Positions 19,520 to 29,739 of a DNA stretch of 64,000 bases are shown here, piece by piece (the first letter of the stretch is position 1; every line of letters begins with the position of its first letter). Origin of the DNA: Arenicellales bacterium (lineage in GTDB: Bacteria; Pseudomonadota; Gammaproteobacteria; Arenicellales; JAJDZL01); assembly GCA_965200765.1 (NCBI GenBank), contig OZ241380.1, positions 2,022,288 to 2,086,287 of the forward strand, given 5' to 3'. The position numbers and the translations under genes were made by a program. The notes beneath the pieces are model-generated. The model saw only the letters and a list, made by a program, of their open reading frames with translations. It did not search any database and was not told the DNA's origin.

Positions 19520-21973
19520 ATGAAAAATTTCACGAAACGGTGCTTGATTGCCCATGCAATTGCTTTGCTACTGCTTACGATCAGTGCTTGCGGGGGTGGC
19601 GGAGGCACCACTGTCAATCCGCCCACTACCCCGACGAATCCGCCCACTACACCGACGAATCCGCCCACTACACCAACGGATCCGCCCACTACACCAACGG
19701 ATCCGCCCACTACACCAACGGATCCGCCCACTACACCAACGGATCCGCCCACTACACCAACGGATCCACCCACTGCTCCAACAGCAATCGATATCAGACT
19801 ACGACTACAGAATCAGCCTGAGTTGGAGAAGGTAAATGCCCGTGAGGCATATGAACGGAGATTGAATGGTCAAGGGGTTAGGATTGGCATCCAGGATGAC
19901 TTTGTTGACTTCAAAAATGCCGAGTTTTCTGGAAGAATCAGTTTTGAACAGGCAAGTTTAACCTACTGGATTCCTCCGAGAACTGTGCGGCCTTCGCCCG
20001 GTGCACGAATTATTGTTGTACCAACAGTAAATGATGTTGTATCCAGAGCGCGCCAATTCATCGAAGAAGAAGGTTATCCAAGACTAAACAACTCGGTGTT
20101 CATTAGAGTTGCCAGCGAAGCTTCGTACTATGAAATCCCAGCATTCGGCCAACGAAATATGAACAATGTGATGTTGCGCACGCATGGTACACAAGTTGCA
20201 TCAGTAGCTGCTGGCCGGACGTTGGGGGTAGCACCAGGAGCAACAATTGTGCCACTTGCAACGCCATTGGATTCCGACCTTGAAAACCAACGAGTGCTAG
20301 CAGAAGATTGGCGTGGGACTATTGAAGTGATCAAAAATCCCCCTGTTGACTTCAGCCAAAGTGATATTGCTGGATTTGACCAGCGGGTAGCGGGTCAGCT
20401 CAATGAATTTTATCGCGGCTTCCATGTAATCAACCGGTCTTATGGTCCAACCCTCGGCCCAGAGGCGAGCATAAAAGTAATTTATGACCGACAAGCAAGT
20501 GAGCGAGTCTATGAAGAATGGTTACGGACGAACCTACCCCAATACTACCGGGCATTTACGCAACAATCACTGCCAGACCGAGAAAAAACTGTGATTGTGT
20601 ATGCTGCTGGCAATGATGGACTTCCAGTACCGCATGTTGTCGCCAGCCGTGCACACAGAATCCCCAGTTTGCGCGGACTTCGACTCGCTGTGGTAGGCAT
20701 CGGGTCAAATGGCGTAATTCACTCCAGGTCAAACCGTTGCGGTACTTTACCAGATGATTGGCAAAGCACACGCGATGGTCGTCACTATTGTCTTGCCGCC
20801 CCGTACAGTGTTAATACAACCCACCCTCAAACAGGGGCACGGACTACTGTAGAAGGCACATCATTCTCAGCACCTATGGTGAGCGGCGGCATTGCATTGG
20901 TTCTCCAACAATTCCGTAACCAGTTAACTCCACGCCAAGCAGCATTGCGGGTAGTCAATACTGCAGACAATACTGGAAGATATCGCGACACCAGTATATA
21001 TGGCGCCGGTTTGCTCAACCTTGCGGCGGCAACAAGCCCAATTGGCGAACTCCGCACAGGTACTAAGACAGTACAATCATCTCTTGCTGGCACAACTCTA
21101 CGAACACCCGCGGCTTGGGGAAATGTCGCAAATCGTATGAACGGAATAGAAATTACAGCCTTCGATGACTATAACGCTCCATTTTGGTTTGAACCGAAAC
21201 ATCTCATCAAATTTTCACGAATTTCCGGGCACTCCATTGTTCCGGAAACATATCACACTACCAGTTGGAAATCCGGACCGCTGAATTATCTCAATTGGAC
21301 AAGATTGGACAACACAACACTGCTTGAGTCGAATGAGATGCAATTCGCGACCGGATTCGAAAATTATGATAATGATTCACGCACTGGTATGTTGAATACT
21401 ATGGGTATTTCGATGAAGCCATTCGGAAACAGTATTCGTACTGGTTTTATTACCGAGAACAACAGCAATCATGGTGCCAAGCCTTTCGGAGCATTTGGAA
21501 AAAATGTCAAATCCAACATGGTTTGGATTGAAGGCAGTAAAAATTGGAGATTAAAAAAGAACTCTCGCTGGTCTTTAAGTGCTTCAGGTCTCATCGCACT
21601 GGGCCAACCTCGCTACGAAGCAGGATCAATGTTTGAAGCAAGTGAGTCTATTTATTCTGCCGCAAACTTAGCTTTGGAAAACAAATCTCGCAAGCACCGC
21701 AACCAATTTACAATCAGTCAATCCCTGAGAGCAGAATCTGGGCAAGGAATACTTCGCTATCCTACGGGTCGTACGCCAGAAGGTACGCGACTATACTCAG
21801 AAGGCAGATTTCCGTTGGAACCGGAAGCAAGAGAGATCAAACTTGGTTATAGACATGACAGAACATTAGGGAATGGAATGCTTGCCTTTGAAATTTCGCA
21901 TATCCAAAATGCAGGACATACTCGAGACAATGAAGACACAGCAGTAGGTGTTGCTTTTCGGCTTGTTTGGTGA
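19520..21973 (+). CDS. Secreted S8 (subtilisin-like) serine protease with lipoprotein-type signal, Pro/Thr linker and probable C-terminal beta domain
   Basis: Lipobox ISA-C; catalytic motifs IQDD (D), THGTQVA (H), AAGNDG (N), GTSFSAPMVSG (S); terminal VAFRLVW. Confidence 0.9.
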   Translation: MKNFTKRCLIAHAIALLLLTISACGGGGGTTVNPPTTPTNPPTTPTNPPTTPTDPPTTPTDPPTTPTDPPTTPTDPPTTPTDPPTAPTAIDIRLRLQNQPELEKVNAREAYERRLNGQGVRIGIQDDFVDFKNAEFSGRISFEQASLTYWIPPRTVRPSPGARIIVVPTVNDVVSRARQFIEEEGYPRLNNSVFIRVASEASYYEIPAFGQRNMNNVMLRTHGTQVASVAAGRTLGVAPGATIVPLATPLDSDLENQRVLAEDWRGTIEVIKNPPVDFSQSDIAGFDQRVAGQLNEFYRGFHVINRSYGPTLGPEASIKVIYDRQASERVYEEWLRTNLPQYYRAFTQQSLPDREKTVIVYAAGNDGLPVPHVVASRAHRIPSLRGLRLAVVGIGSNGVIHSRSNRCGTLPDDWQSTRDGRHYCLAAPYSVNTTHPQTGARTTVEGTSFSAPMVSGGIALVLQQFRNQLTPRQAALRVVNTADNTGRYRDTSIYGAGLLNLAAATSPIGELRTGTKTVQSSLAGTTLRTPAAWGNVANRMNGIEITAFDDYNAPFWFEPKHLIKFSRISGHSIVPETYHTTSWKSGPLNYLNWTRLDNTTLLESNEMQFATGFENYDNDSRTGMLNTMGISMKPFGNSIRTGFITENNSNHGAKPFGAFGKNVKSNMVWIEGSKNWRLKKNSRWSLSASGLIALGQPRYEAGSMFEASESIYSAANLALENKSRKHRNQFTISQSLRAESGQGILRYPTGRTPEGTRLYSEGRFPLEPEAREIKLGYRHDRTLGNGMLAFEISHIQNAGHTRDNEDTAVGVAFRLVW
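19616..19783 (+). repeat. In-frame 21-bp VNTR, 8 units, encoding (N/D)PPTTPT
   Basis: RATCCGCCCACTACACCRACG units at 19616, 19637, ... 19763. Confidence 0.97.
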
Positions 21974-22048
21974 AATCGATAAACTTTCTTGTGTTTGCTT
22001 CCAGACATATCGGATTGTCGTACTTATTCAGTTGTCCGCAGTAATAGA

Positions 22049-24248
22049 GGTTCAATGAGGCCGCCGCTGATTAGCGGCGGAAATCCAGCTCGGCAATTGA
22101 CGGACCCGAAACAATCGACTCACTTCAATGAGGCCGCCGCTAATTAGCAGCGGAAATCCCCAGTTTTGCTATCTACTGGCGAGCGAATACCGCTGCTTCA
22201 ATGAGGCCGCCGCTAATTAGCAGCGGAAATTTTTTAGCATCTGCAATTCTTGCCACCGGGCTTTTAAGCTTCAATGAGGCCGCCGCTAATTAGCAGCGGA
22301 AATCCCGCATGGAATCGCGCGGGGGGCGCAACGGCGGCGCTTCAATGAGGCCGCCGCTAATTAGCAGCGGAAATGACTACGTGCAGGTCAGTCGGACCGG
22401 CGACGGCTACGCTTCAATGAGGCCGCCGCTAATTAGCAGCGGAAATATTAATCGCAAGAATGTTGCGGCACTGCGCATAAGAACAGCTTCAATGAGGCCG
22501 CCGCTAATTAGCAGCGGAAATGACGCGGCCAATGACGACGGCAATCTCGTATTCAGCGTGCTTCAATGAGGCCGCCGCTAATTAGCAGCGGAAATTTGCT
22601 TGTATGGCTTTCTGCAGTTAATTTAATTGCATCGCTTCAATGAGGCCGCCGCTAATTAGCAGCGGAAATCCTTATGCTGACTGAATACAAGGCTACCGTT
22701 TTCGAGGCTTCAATGAGGCCGCCGCTAATTAGCAGCGGAAATCCTTTGTGGGTAGAAGATGATTGGGCGGATGATTTAGCTTCAATGAGGCCGCCGCTAA
22801 TTAGCAGCGGAAATCTTTTTTCTTGAACCAGTCCCAATAAGTAACAACAGTTAGCTTCAATGAGGCCGCCGCTAATTAGCAGCGGAAATTTCTGCTATAC
22901 TGGATTCTGTCGGTGGCGGCCTCATTGCTTCAATGAGGCCGCCGCTAATTAGCAGCGGAAATTTCTGCTATACTGGATTCTGTCGGTGGCGGCCTCATTG
23001 CTTCAATGAGGCCGCCGCTAATTAGCAGCGGAAATGTAGCGTTGTCCAGTTCAGTCAATTGTCATCCTCCGCGCTTCAATGAGGCCGCCGCTAATTAGCA
23101 GCGGAAATTTTGATTGCCCCTGATTTGCCGATAGCACTGCGTCTTGCTTCAATGAGGCCGCCGCTAATTAGCAGCGGAAATCAAGCCGTCGTTTTCGTCG
23201 ATGCTCATCGCGGCTTTGCTTCAATGAGGCCGCCGCTAATTAGCAGCGGAAATCTGGCGGCTCTGGCGGAGGCGGTGGACTTAGTGCATCGGCTTCAATG
23301 AGGCCGCCGCTAATTAGCAGCGGAAATTTTTTCTACCTTCCGAGTAAATCGCCTAAATATTTCTTGCTTCAATGAGGCCGCCGCTAATTAATGTCGTCAG
23401 CAGCGGAAATGTCGTCATGCTTGCCTTCCCTTTCGCCGCTGGCCCGGCTTCAATGAGGCCGCCGCTAATTAGCAGCGGAAATGTCGCTGGCCCGGCTTCA
23501 ATGAGGCCGCCGCTAATTCGCAGCGGAAATTCAATCGACTTCGGCTGGCTATCGCTTCAATGAGGCCGCCGCTAATTAGCAGCGGAAATATGTTTTCAGA
23601 AGGTTTGGATGCCATTGTATTTTTTAGCTTCAATGAGGCCGCCGCTAATTAGCAGCGGAAATTATGATCGTTTCGTGCAAGATAACCATGGATACAATGC
23701 TTCAATGAGGCCGCCGCTAATTAGCAGCGGAAATCCAAGCTGCTGCTTGAAACCAATCCTCACATGTTGCAGCTTCAATGAGGCCGCCGCTAATTAGCAG
23801 CGGAAATTCGGCGTATCCTCGCGCGGCGTAGGTTCGGTGACCGAGCAGCTTCAATGAGGCCGCCGCTAATTAGCAGCGGAAATCTGGCATATTCAGATGT
23901 AGGAAGAGATAGAACTCTAGCTTCAATGAGGCCGCCGCTAATTAGCAGCGGAAATTTCCATTGCAATCGATAGCCAAGCGTTTGAAACCTATGCTTCAAT
24001 GAGGCCGCCGCTAATTAGCAGCGGAAATCTGACTGACCTAATGCAGCACTACCTATTTCAAGTTGCTTCAATGAGGCCGCCGCTAATTAGCAGCGGAAAT
24101 AGAATTATGATCAACGCTCAAGAACCGAAAAAAATTGCGCTTCAATGAGGCCGCCGCTAATTAGCAGCGGAAATTCGTTGCAAATGATGAAACGGAAAAA
24201 ATAACAGTCAGCGCTTCAATGAGGCCGCCGCTAATTAGCAGCGGAAAT
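22049..24248 (-). CRISPR. CRISPR array, 31 repeats and 30 spacers; 36-bp repeat ATTTCCGCTGCTAATTAGCGGCGGCCTCATTGAAGC in the transcribed orientation
   Basis: Counted manually. Spacers are 35-40 nt except one of 12 and one of 23. The degenerate repeat at 22049 marks the trailer; the ATTGAAGC 3' end and the leader next to cas2 indicate minus-strand transcription. Confidence 0.98.
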
Positions 24249-24463
24249 AGTCCATATCACAAACCATTGAAACAAAAACGCTTTTTCAAAGACTTGCGAG
24301 ACGTCATCAGATTTACCCGATCAATGACCATCAAACCAAACAACTATACACAATTGTTACTCTTAAATACTTGTTTTCAAAGAACAAACCAAGTTTCGAG
24401 CACTTTCAGGCAATAGAATCACTACCAAAGCACTCGCATTTCTTTCGGCAAGCGTCAAATCCA
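24249..24463 (-). promoter_or_regulatory. CRISPR leader
   Basis: AT-rich non-coding stretch between the cas2 stop and the first perfect repeat. Confidence 0.75.
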
Positions 24464-24757
24464 TCAGACAATAACCGCTTCCCTAGTCGGCTTATTATAC
24501 TCCTTTCCGATGCTTTCAACAAATAATTCCACCTTATCCGCTAACCCCAAATCGAAAATCAATACATGATCCTCCTTTGGATCAATCAACTCTGTGAGAC
24601 GACCGACCATCTGTGCATGTCGACGAGCCGTCAATCGGCATTGAAATACCGACAATTGCACCCATTCGCCATAGCCTTTCACTGAGTTGAAAACCTTCCG
24701 CCAACGCTTCGGGTCGGAAATATCGTATGCAACAATGTACAGTCGTTCTTTAGCCAT
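24464..24757 (-). CDS. cas2: CRISPR-associated endoribonuclease Cas2
   Basis: YIVAYDISDPKRWRKV, WVQLSVFQC. Confidence 0.97.
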   Translation of the reverse strand: MAKERLYIVAYDISDPKRWRKVFNSVKGYGEWVQLSVFQCRLTARRHAQMVGRLTELIDPKEDHVLIFDLGLADKVELFVESIGKEYNKPTREAVIV

Positions 24758-24764
24758 AATTCAG

Positions 24765-26489
24765 TCAACGTGGTAGATAATGAGGATACACTGGAATTTC
24801 GTTCTGCAAGTATCGTGCCAACAATCGAACTTGCACTTCAATGAGCCGGCGCATTGAAACTCGATATCCGAACACCGGGTGCGTAGTCTCTTGTTCAAGA
24901 CGTCGCTCAAAAATTCCAATAAATGATTTTCTGCCACCAGGCTGTAATGAACACGCCGGTCCGTTGAATATAAAGTCTTTGACTTTGATCTCACCGTTGT
25001 TGATCGCTTGAATTACACAAGAATCTGCAACGATTGGACGAAACGGTTCCATCAGATCAAGAGCAAGTGCAGGACGTCCATGCCTCGTACGGTGATAGAG
25101 GCCCATACAAGGGTCCAATCCTGTCACTGAAATTGATACTGAAAATAGTCTGGTGAGCATAGAGTATGCAAGGGATAGCATTGCATTCACAGGGTCAGTC
25201 GGAGGTCTGCGATTACGAGTTTGAAACGAGAAGTTGGCAACTCTGTCGTCTTCGCTGGCTACTAGCAAATTCGGAAAACTGGCGAAGTAAACTGCCGCCG
25301 CCTCTCCTTCTATGCCAAGCAGTATTTGCTCTGAATTTGCCTGCTTTGCTTTTTTCGCCAACGATTTCAAACGAACCAAAGCATCCCTTTTGGTTTTCGA
25401 ATCAACATCACCGCGCCAATTTCGACGTAGCATGGTTCGTGAATTTTGCACCTTCGCTGACACAAGTTCTCTCGAAAATGACAATCTGCGTTTCTCATCG
25501 AATGCAACTTTGAATTGTGCTTCGCGTACAGCAATATTTCCGTTTGCTACTCCTGCTGAATGGCCCAAGTACCAACCACCGGTCGTGAACCAGGCCAAAG
25601 GTATTTCTTGCCTCATGAGTGCGTGTATTGTCGGAGTAGTTATTGAAACCGGTCCAAACAGAGCAACCTGAGAAACCGACAAAATAGGAACCTCTACCTT
25701 GTCGTCTTCGGACTCTACAACCAAGCGTTCACCATCCTTGCGTACTCTGGAACCCGGAGTTTGAACATAGAGAGGCAATGCTGGATCGTCGGAAGGATTC
25801 AAGGGTCGCGGTGGATAGTCTTTGAGAAACATATTCGTTTCGTCCGGCAAACAAATTCCTGCAAGGGAGCATTTGGGACACTTGGGACTATTTTCAAGTG
25901 GTGGGGGACGTTGATTTGACATCGCCATCGCCCGCAAACTTGAAATGGCTGTCAATGTATTGGTACGCAATTCTTCATCCAGCTTGACGGTAACTTTTTC
26001 ACGAGATGCAATATACCAAAGTGCTCCGCTTTCTACCGTAAATCCATTGTCTTCCAGGATCATTGCTTGCGTACACACTTGAACTCTTTCTGGTTCATAT
26101 GCTCCCATGGCTACATGAGGGCGCTTCCCCTTTTTGTAGTCCACAGGCATAACCACCCCTTTCTTGATTTCGATGACATCCATTTTGGCAATAACCCCCA
26201 GCTTTTCTGACGACAGAGTTACAGCCCGAGCCTTGGACATAACATTTTCCAGTTCTTCAGACGAAGGCAACTTGCCTTTACCCCGATCTACTTGAGAATG
26301 AGCAATAGAGCCTTTGACAGTATCGACACTGTCGGCCCACTCTCCTTCAACCCACTCCAGATAGGCCAATCGAGGACAATAAACCCACTCATTTACGATT
26401 CTCGCAGGAATTAAGGGTGAATCTGCTTCAATAGGCGGAGGGGGTAGTGGAAGCGATCGTTGGTGTTTGGGGTTGGCAGAATTATCCAT
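24765..26489 (-). CDS. cas4/cas1: Cas4-Cas1 fusion
   Basis: Cas4: YCPR, VDYKKG, CPKCSLAGIC. Cas1: LGIEGEAAAVYF, DPVNAMLSLAY, LALDLMEPFRP. Confidence 0.95.
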   Translation of the reverse strand: MDNSANPKHQRSLPLPPPPIEADSPLIPARIVNEWVYCPRLAYLEWVEGEWADSVDTVKGSIAHSQVDRGKGKLPSSEELENVMSKARAVTLSSEKLGVIAKMDVIEIKKGVVMPVDYKKGKRPHVAMGAYEPERVQVCTQAMILEDNGFTVESGALWYIASREKVTVKLDEELRTNTLTAISSLRAMAMSNQRPPPLENSPKCPKCSLAGICLPDETNMFLKDYPPRPLNPSDDPALPLYVQTPGSRVRKDGERLVVESEDDKVEVPILSVSQVALFGPVSITTPTIHALMRQEIPLAWFTTGGWYLGHSAGVANGNIAVREAQFKVAFDEKRRLSFSRELVSAKVQNSRTMLRRNWRGDVDSKTKRDALVRLKSLAKKAKQANSEQILLGIEGEAAAVYFASFPNLLVASEDDRVANFSFQTRNRRPPTDPVNAMLSLAYSMLTRLFSVSISVTGLDPCMGLYHRTRHGRPALALDLMEPFRPIVADSCVIQAINNGEIKVKDFIFNGPACSLQPGGRKSFIGIFERRLEQETTHPVFGYRVSMRRLIEVQVRLLARYLQNEIPVYPHYLPR

Positions 26490-26660
26490 TTGATGTCAAA
26501 CTCTAATCCACAGGTAATTGGGGCAGTCTTGAACACTAGCCCGCATCATCACTATGCAAGTCTGTTGATTAAGAATTATCAAATCTTTATTGATATCAAA
26601 GCATTATACTCCATTTGCTTACTTGTATGTACAATTTACAGTCAGTTGTTCAACAAAACT

Positions 26661-27584
26661 TCATTGCCAATTCACGAATTGAAGTCCCTCTTGCTCAGTT
26701 GTCAGTGGATGAACCGTCGGGTGCAAGGCATGCCCCAGAAGCTCGAGACTGTCGACCAAACGGGGTCCGGAACGACTAAAGTAAGCATTTCCGTCAGATA
26801 TGTAAACTTGTCCGTTGCGCACTGCCCGTAACGAATTCCACTCGGCACTGTCACGCAATAAATCAACATCCTGAATACTTCGTTCTACATCAAACCCGCA
26901 TAGCGCAATCAAAATCACATCCGGGTCGCTGGCTTGCAAATCTGCCCATTGAATCGTGGTAGACGGAACATTTGGGTCACCCAGGCAATTTACCCCGCCC
27001 GCGTAGTTCACCAGTTCCGGTGTCCAGTGACCCGCATTGAACAATGGGTACAACCACTCAAGTACAGCTACGCGAGGAAGTTCCTTTTCCGGAATTGTTG
27101 CAGACCGTGCCTGTACTGCTTCAACACGTGCACTTAACTCCAGAACACTGTCTTTTGCTTGATCAAGACAATCCGCAGCTCGACCCAGCAGGATCATCGT
27201 ATCGAATACATCACTTAAAGACGAAGGCTCCAAATTTACAATTTCCGTTGACCCGGGCAATTGGTCAACAGCCGCCTCTACCTCTGAACCGGCAACTGCA
27301 CACACATCACACAATGCCTGCGTAACGATCAAATCCGGTTGCAACTCCTCCAGCACATTCATCTTCAATGAATACAGTGCTTTTTCTGTGGCCAGTTTTT
27401 CCCGTACCAATTCGTCGATCGCCGCACTGGTGTGGCTATTGTCAATCAATGATCGTGTAACTACCGTCAATCCCTGCACCGAAGCAGGATAATCACATTC
27501 GTGCGACACACCAATCAACTGCGAACGCAGGCCAATACTGCAAATGATCTCGGTAGCACTAGGCAATAACGATACGATTTTCAC
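26661..27584 (-). CDS. Cobalamin/Fe-siderophore-type periplasmic binding protein (BtuF-like)
   Basis: KIVSLLPSATEI, GVSHECDYP, FSRSGPRLVDSLE. Confidence 0.85.
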   Translation of the reverse strand: MKIVSLLPSATEIICSIGLRSQLIGVSHECDYPASVQGLTVVTRSLIDNSHTSAAIDELVREKLATEKALYSLKMNVLEELQPDLIVTQALCDVCAVAGSEVEAAVDQLPGSTEIVNLEPSSLSDVFDTMILLGRAADCLDQAKDSVLELSARVEAVQARSATIPEKELPRVAVLEWLYPLFNAGHWTPELVNYAGGVNCLGDPNVPSTTIQWADLQASDPDVILIALCGFDVERSIQDVDLLRDSAEWNSLRAVRNGQVYISDGNAYFSRSGPRLVDSLELLGHALHPTVHPLTTEQEGLQFVNWQ

Positions 27585-27724
27585 TATTTTCTGATCCCCG
27601 GTTGTAAATCCAGTAGTGTAACTGATAGTTATAGCACCTGTCGGTGTTCAAAGTATTATGGTAACCACGTTGAGCATTTGCATAGAAAATCCTCAAGTAT
27701 CATAAGTGCATTTCTGGCTACTAT

Positions 27725-28972
27725 TTGAAACCCGACACCTCAAGGAATTTGAAATTGTCAAATCATTTGGAAGAATCACTCGACCTCATTCGACGTGGCA
27801 CCGACGAGATACTGGTCGAGTCGGAACTCGTTGAACGTTTGAATACCGGCAAAGCTTTGCGTATCAAGGCCGGTTTCGATCCAACCGCGCCTGATCTGCA
27901 TCTGGGCCATATTGTCCTGCTCGAAAAAATGCGCCAGTTTCAGGAAATTGGACATGTAGTGATTTTTTTGATCGGCGATTTTACCGGACGGATTGGCGAC
28001 CCGTCAGGCCGCAGTTCCATCCGTCCGCCCATGACAGACGAAGACATTGAAAACAATGCAACTACCTACAAAGAACAGGTTTTCAAGGTACTGGACGAAG
28101 AAAAAACCGAAATTCGATTCAATTCCGAATGGTTTGGGAAACAGTCAGCTGTGGACATGATCCGGTTGGCCGCACGTCATACTGTAGCCAGAATGCTCGA
28201 GCGGGACGACTTCAAAAAGCGCTACACCAACCAGCAACCGATTGCGATCCACGAATTTCTGTACCCCCTTGTACAGGGATATGATTCCGTGGCACTACAA
28301 TGCGATGTGGAACTCGGCGGCACCGATCAAAAATTCAATCTGCTTGTCGGCCGGGAGTTGCAAAAAGAGTATGGACAATTGCCGCAGATCATTATTACAA
28401 TGCCCTTGCTCGAAGGTTTGGATGGCGTGCAAAAAATGTCGAAGTCACTCAATAACTATATCGGTATCAACGAATCTCCGAAGGAGATTTTCGGAAAAGT
28501 CATGTCTTTGTCAGACGAGTTGATGTGGCGATATTTTGATTTGCTGAGTACGCGGCCAATTGCCCAGCTTCACCAATTGAAAGAACGGGTTCAAGCTGGA
28601 GAAAATCCGCGCGATATCAAATTTCTGCTCGCAAGTGAACTGGTGGAACGGTTCCATTCAAAAAATGATGCCGAAGAAGCTCAGTCCGGATTTATTGCGC
28701 AATTTCAACAAGGCGAAATTCCGGATGATCTGGAAAAGAAGGAAATTCATGCTTCCGGCGAGGGCATGGCACTTGCCAATGTACTGAAAGAATCAGGCTT
28801 GACTGCAAGCACCTCCGAATCCTATCGCATGGCCAAGCAAGGCGCAGTCAGGATTGATGGTGAACGCGTCAGCGATGCTTCAGTAAAACTTCCTGTTGGC
28901 GCATCGCATGTAATTCGCGTGGGCAAACGAAGGATTGCAGAAATTCAAATTGTTCAGCAAGTAGAATCATAG
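27725..28972 (+). CDS. tyrS: Tyrosine--tRNA ligase
   Basis: [23 protein letters not shown]-terminal S4 domain. Confidence 0.97.
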   Translation: MKPDTSRNLKLSNHLEESLDLIRRGTDEILVESELVERLNTGKALRIKAGFDPTAPDLHLGHIVLLEKMRQFQEIGHVVIFLIGDFTGRIGDPSGRSSIRPPMTDEDIENNATTYKEQVFKVLDEEKTEIRFNSEWFGKQSAVDMIRLAARHTVARMLERDDFKKRYTNQQPIAIHEFLYPLVQGYDSVALQCDVELGGTDQKFNLLVGRELQKEYGQLPQIIITMPLLEGLDGVQKMSKSLNNYIGINESPKEIFGKVMSLSDELMWRYFDLLSTRPIAQLHQLKERVQAGENPRDIKFLLASELVERFHSKNDAEEAQSGFIAQFQQGEIPDDLEKKEIHASGEGMALANVLKESGLTASTSESYRMAKQGAVRIDGERVSDASVKLPVGASHVIRVGKRRIAEIQIVQQVES

Positions 28973-28973
28973 C

Positions 28974-29735
28974 TCAGTCTTTCTTTCCGAAGCTCCCAAC
29001 CCGGACTGCGGTCTCGGGATCCAGAAATGTTCGAACAGTCGCTTCTGTTTCAACTTTCAACGCACCTTCAACATCCATGTATCCGGCGCGATTAATTGCT
29101 CGCTTGAGATCTGTGACCGCAGTTCGCGGCAATGCCGCAATATCCACTGCCAACTGATTTGCAACTTCAAAAACATTCTGATTTGGGACTACTTTCCAGG
29201 CCAGTCCCATTTCAAGTGCTTCGTTTGCGGTGAATTGCGTTCCTAGCATCATCAAATCCCGCGCTTTCACCAATCCTACCATTCTGGTCAGTAACGTGGT
29301 TACACCGCCAGTCGGAAACATTCCCCACTTTGTCTCAGGGAAAAAACATTTCGTATCTTCCGCGAATACCGAAAAATCACAGTTAATCGCCCATTCCAAT
29401 CCGCCACCGACAGCCCACCCATGAATTGCACCGACAACAACCTTGTCTCCAAGCACAAGGTATCGACTGACATTCTGGATTAGTTCAATGTACGACTTTG
29501 CGACCTCTTTGTTTTTCGACTGACTTTCATACTCTTTCAGGTCATCGCCTGAACAAAATGAACTTCCTGTTCCGCGCAAAACAATTGCACCAACCTCCTT
29601 GTTTCGATTCGCCTGCTCCAGCGCGTCACACAAATCAATCAGCAATTCTTCATTCAGTGCATTCAACCGCTCTGGCCGATTCAGAGTCAGCGTGCACACC
29701 CCATCACTGATTTTCATCAAAACTGTTCCTGGCAT
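28974..29735 (-). CDS. Enoyl-CoA hydratase/isomerase family protein
   Basis: LTLNRPERLNA, FCSGDDL, GWAVGGG. Confidence 0.9.
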   Translation of the reverse strand: MPGTVLMKISDGVCTLTLNRPERLNALNEELLIDLCDALEQANRNKEVGAIVLRGTGSSFCSGDDLKEYESQSKNKEVAKSYIELIQNVSRYLVLGDKVVVGAIHGWAVGGGLEWAINCDFSVFAEDTKCFFPETKWGMFPTGGVTTLLTRMVGLVKARDLMMLGTQFTANEALEMGLAWKVVPNQNVFEVANQLAVDIAALPRTAVTDLKRAINRAGYMDVEGALKVETEATVRTFLDPETAVRVGSFGKKD

Positions 29736-29739
29736 GAAT

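Noticed and set aside
19450-19835. Alternative-frame ORFs over the 21-bp repeat (VGGSVGV.., SAHYTNG..)
   Set aside because: Shadows of the S8 linker VNTR.
22085-24212. Full-length self-targeting spacers matching genes in this window
   Set aside because: None noticed by eye, but an exhaustive search could not be run. The shared CAATCGACT 9-mer in two spacers is compatible with chance.
22309-24416. Short ORFs containing MRPPLISSGN or FPLLISGGLIEA
   Set aside because: Translations of the CRISPR repeats.
27585-27724. Cobalamin riboswitch upstream of the BtuF-like gene
   Set aside because: The region is only 140 nt and shared with the tyrS promoter; no B12-box seen.
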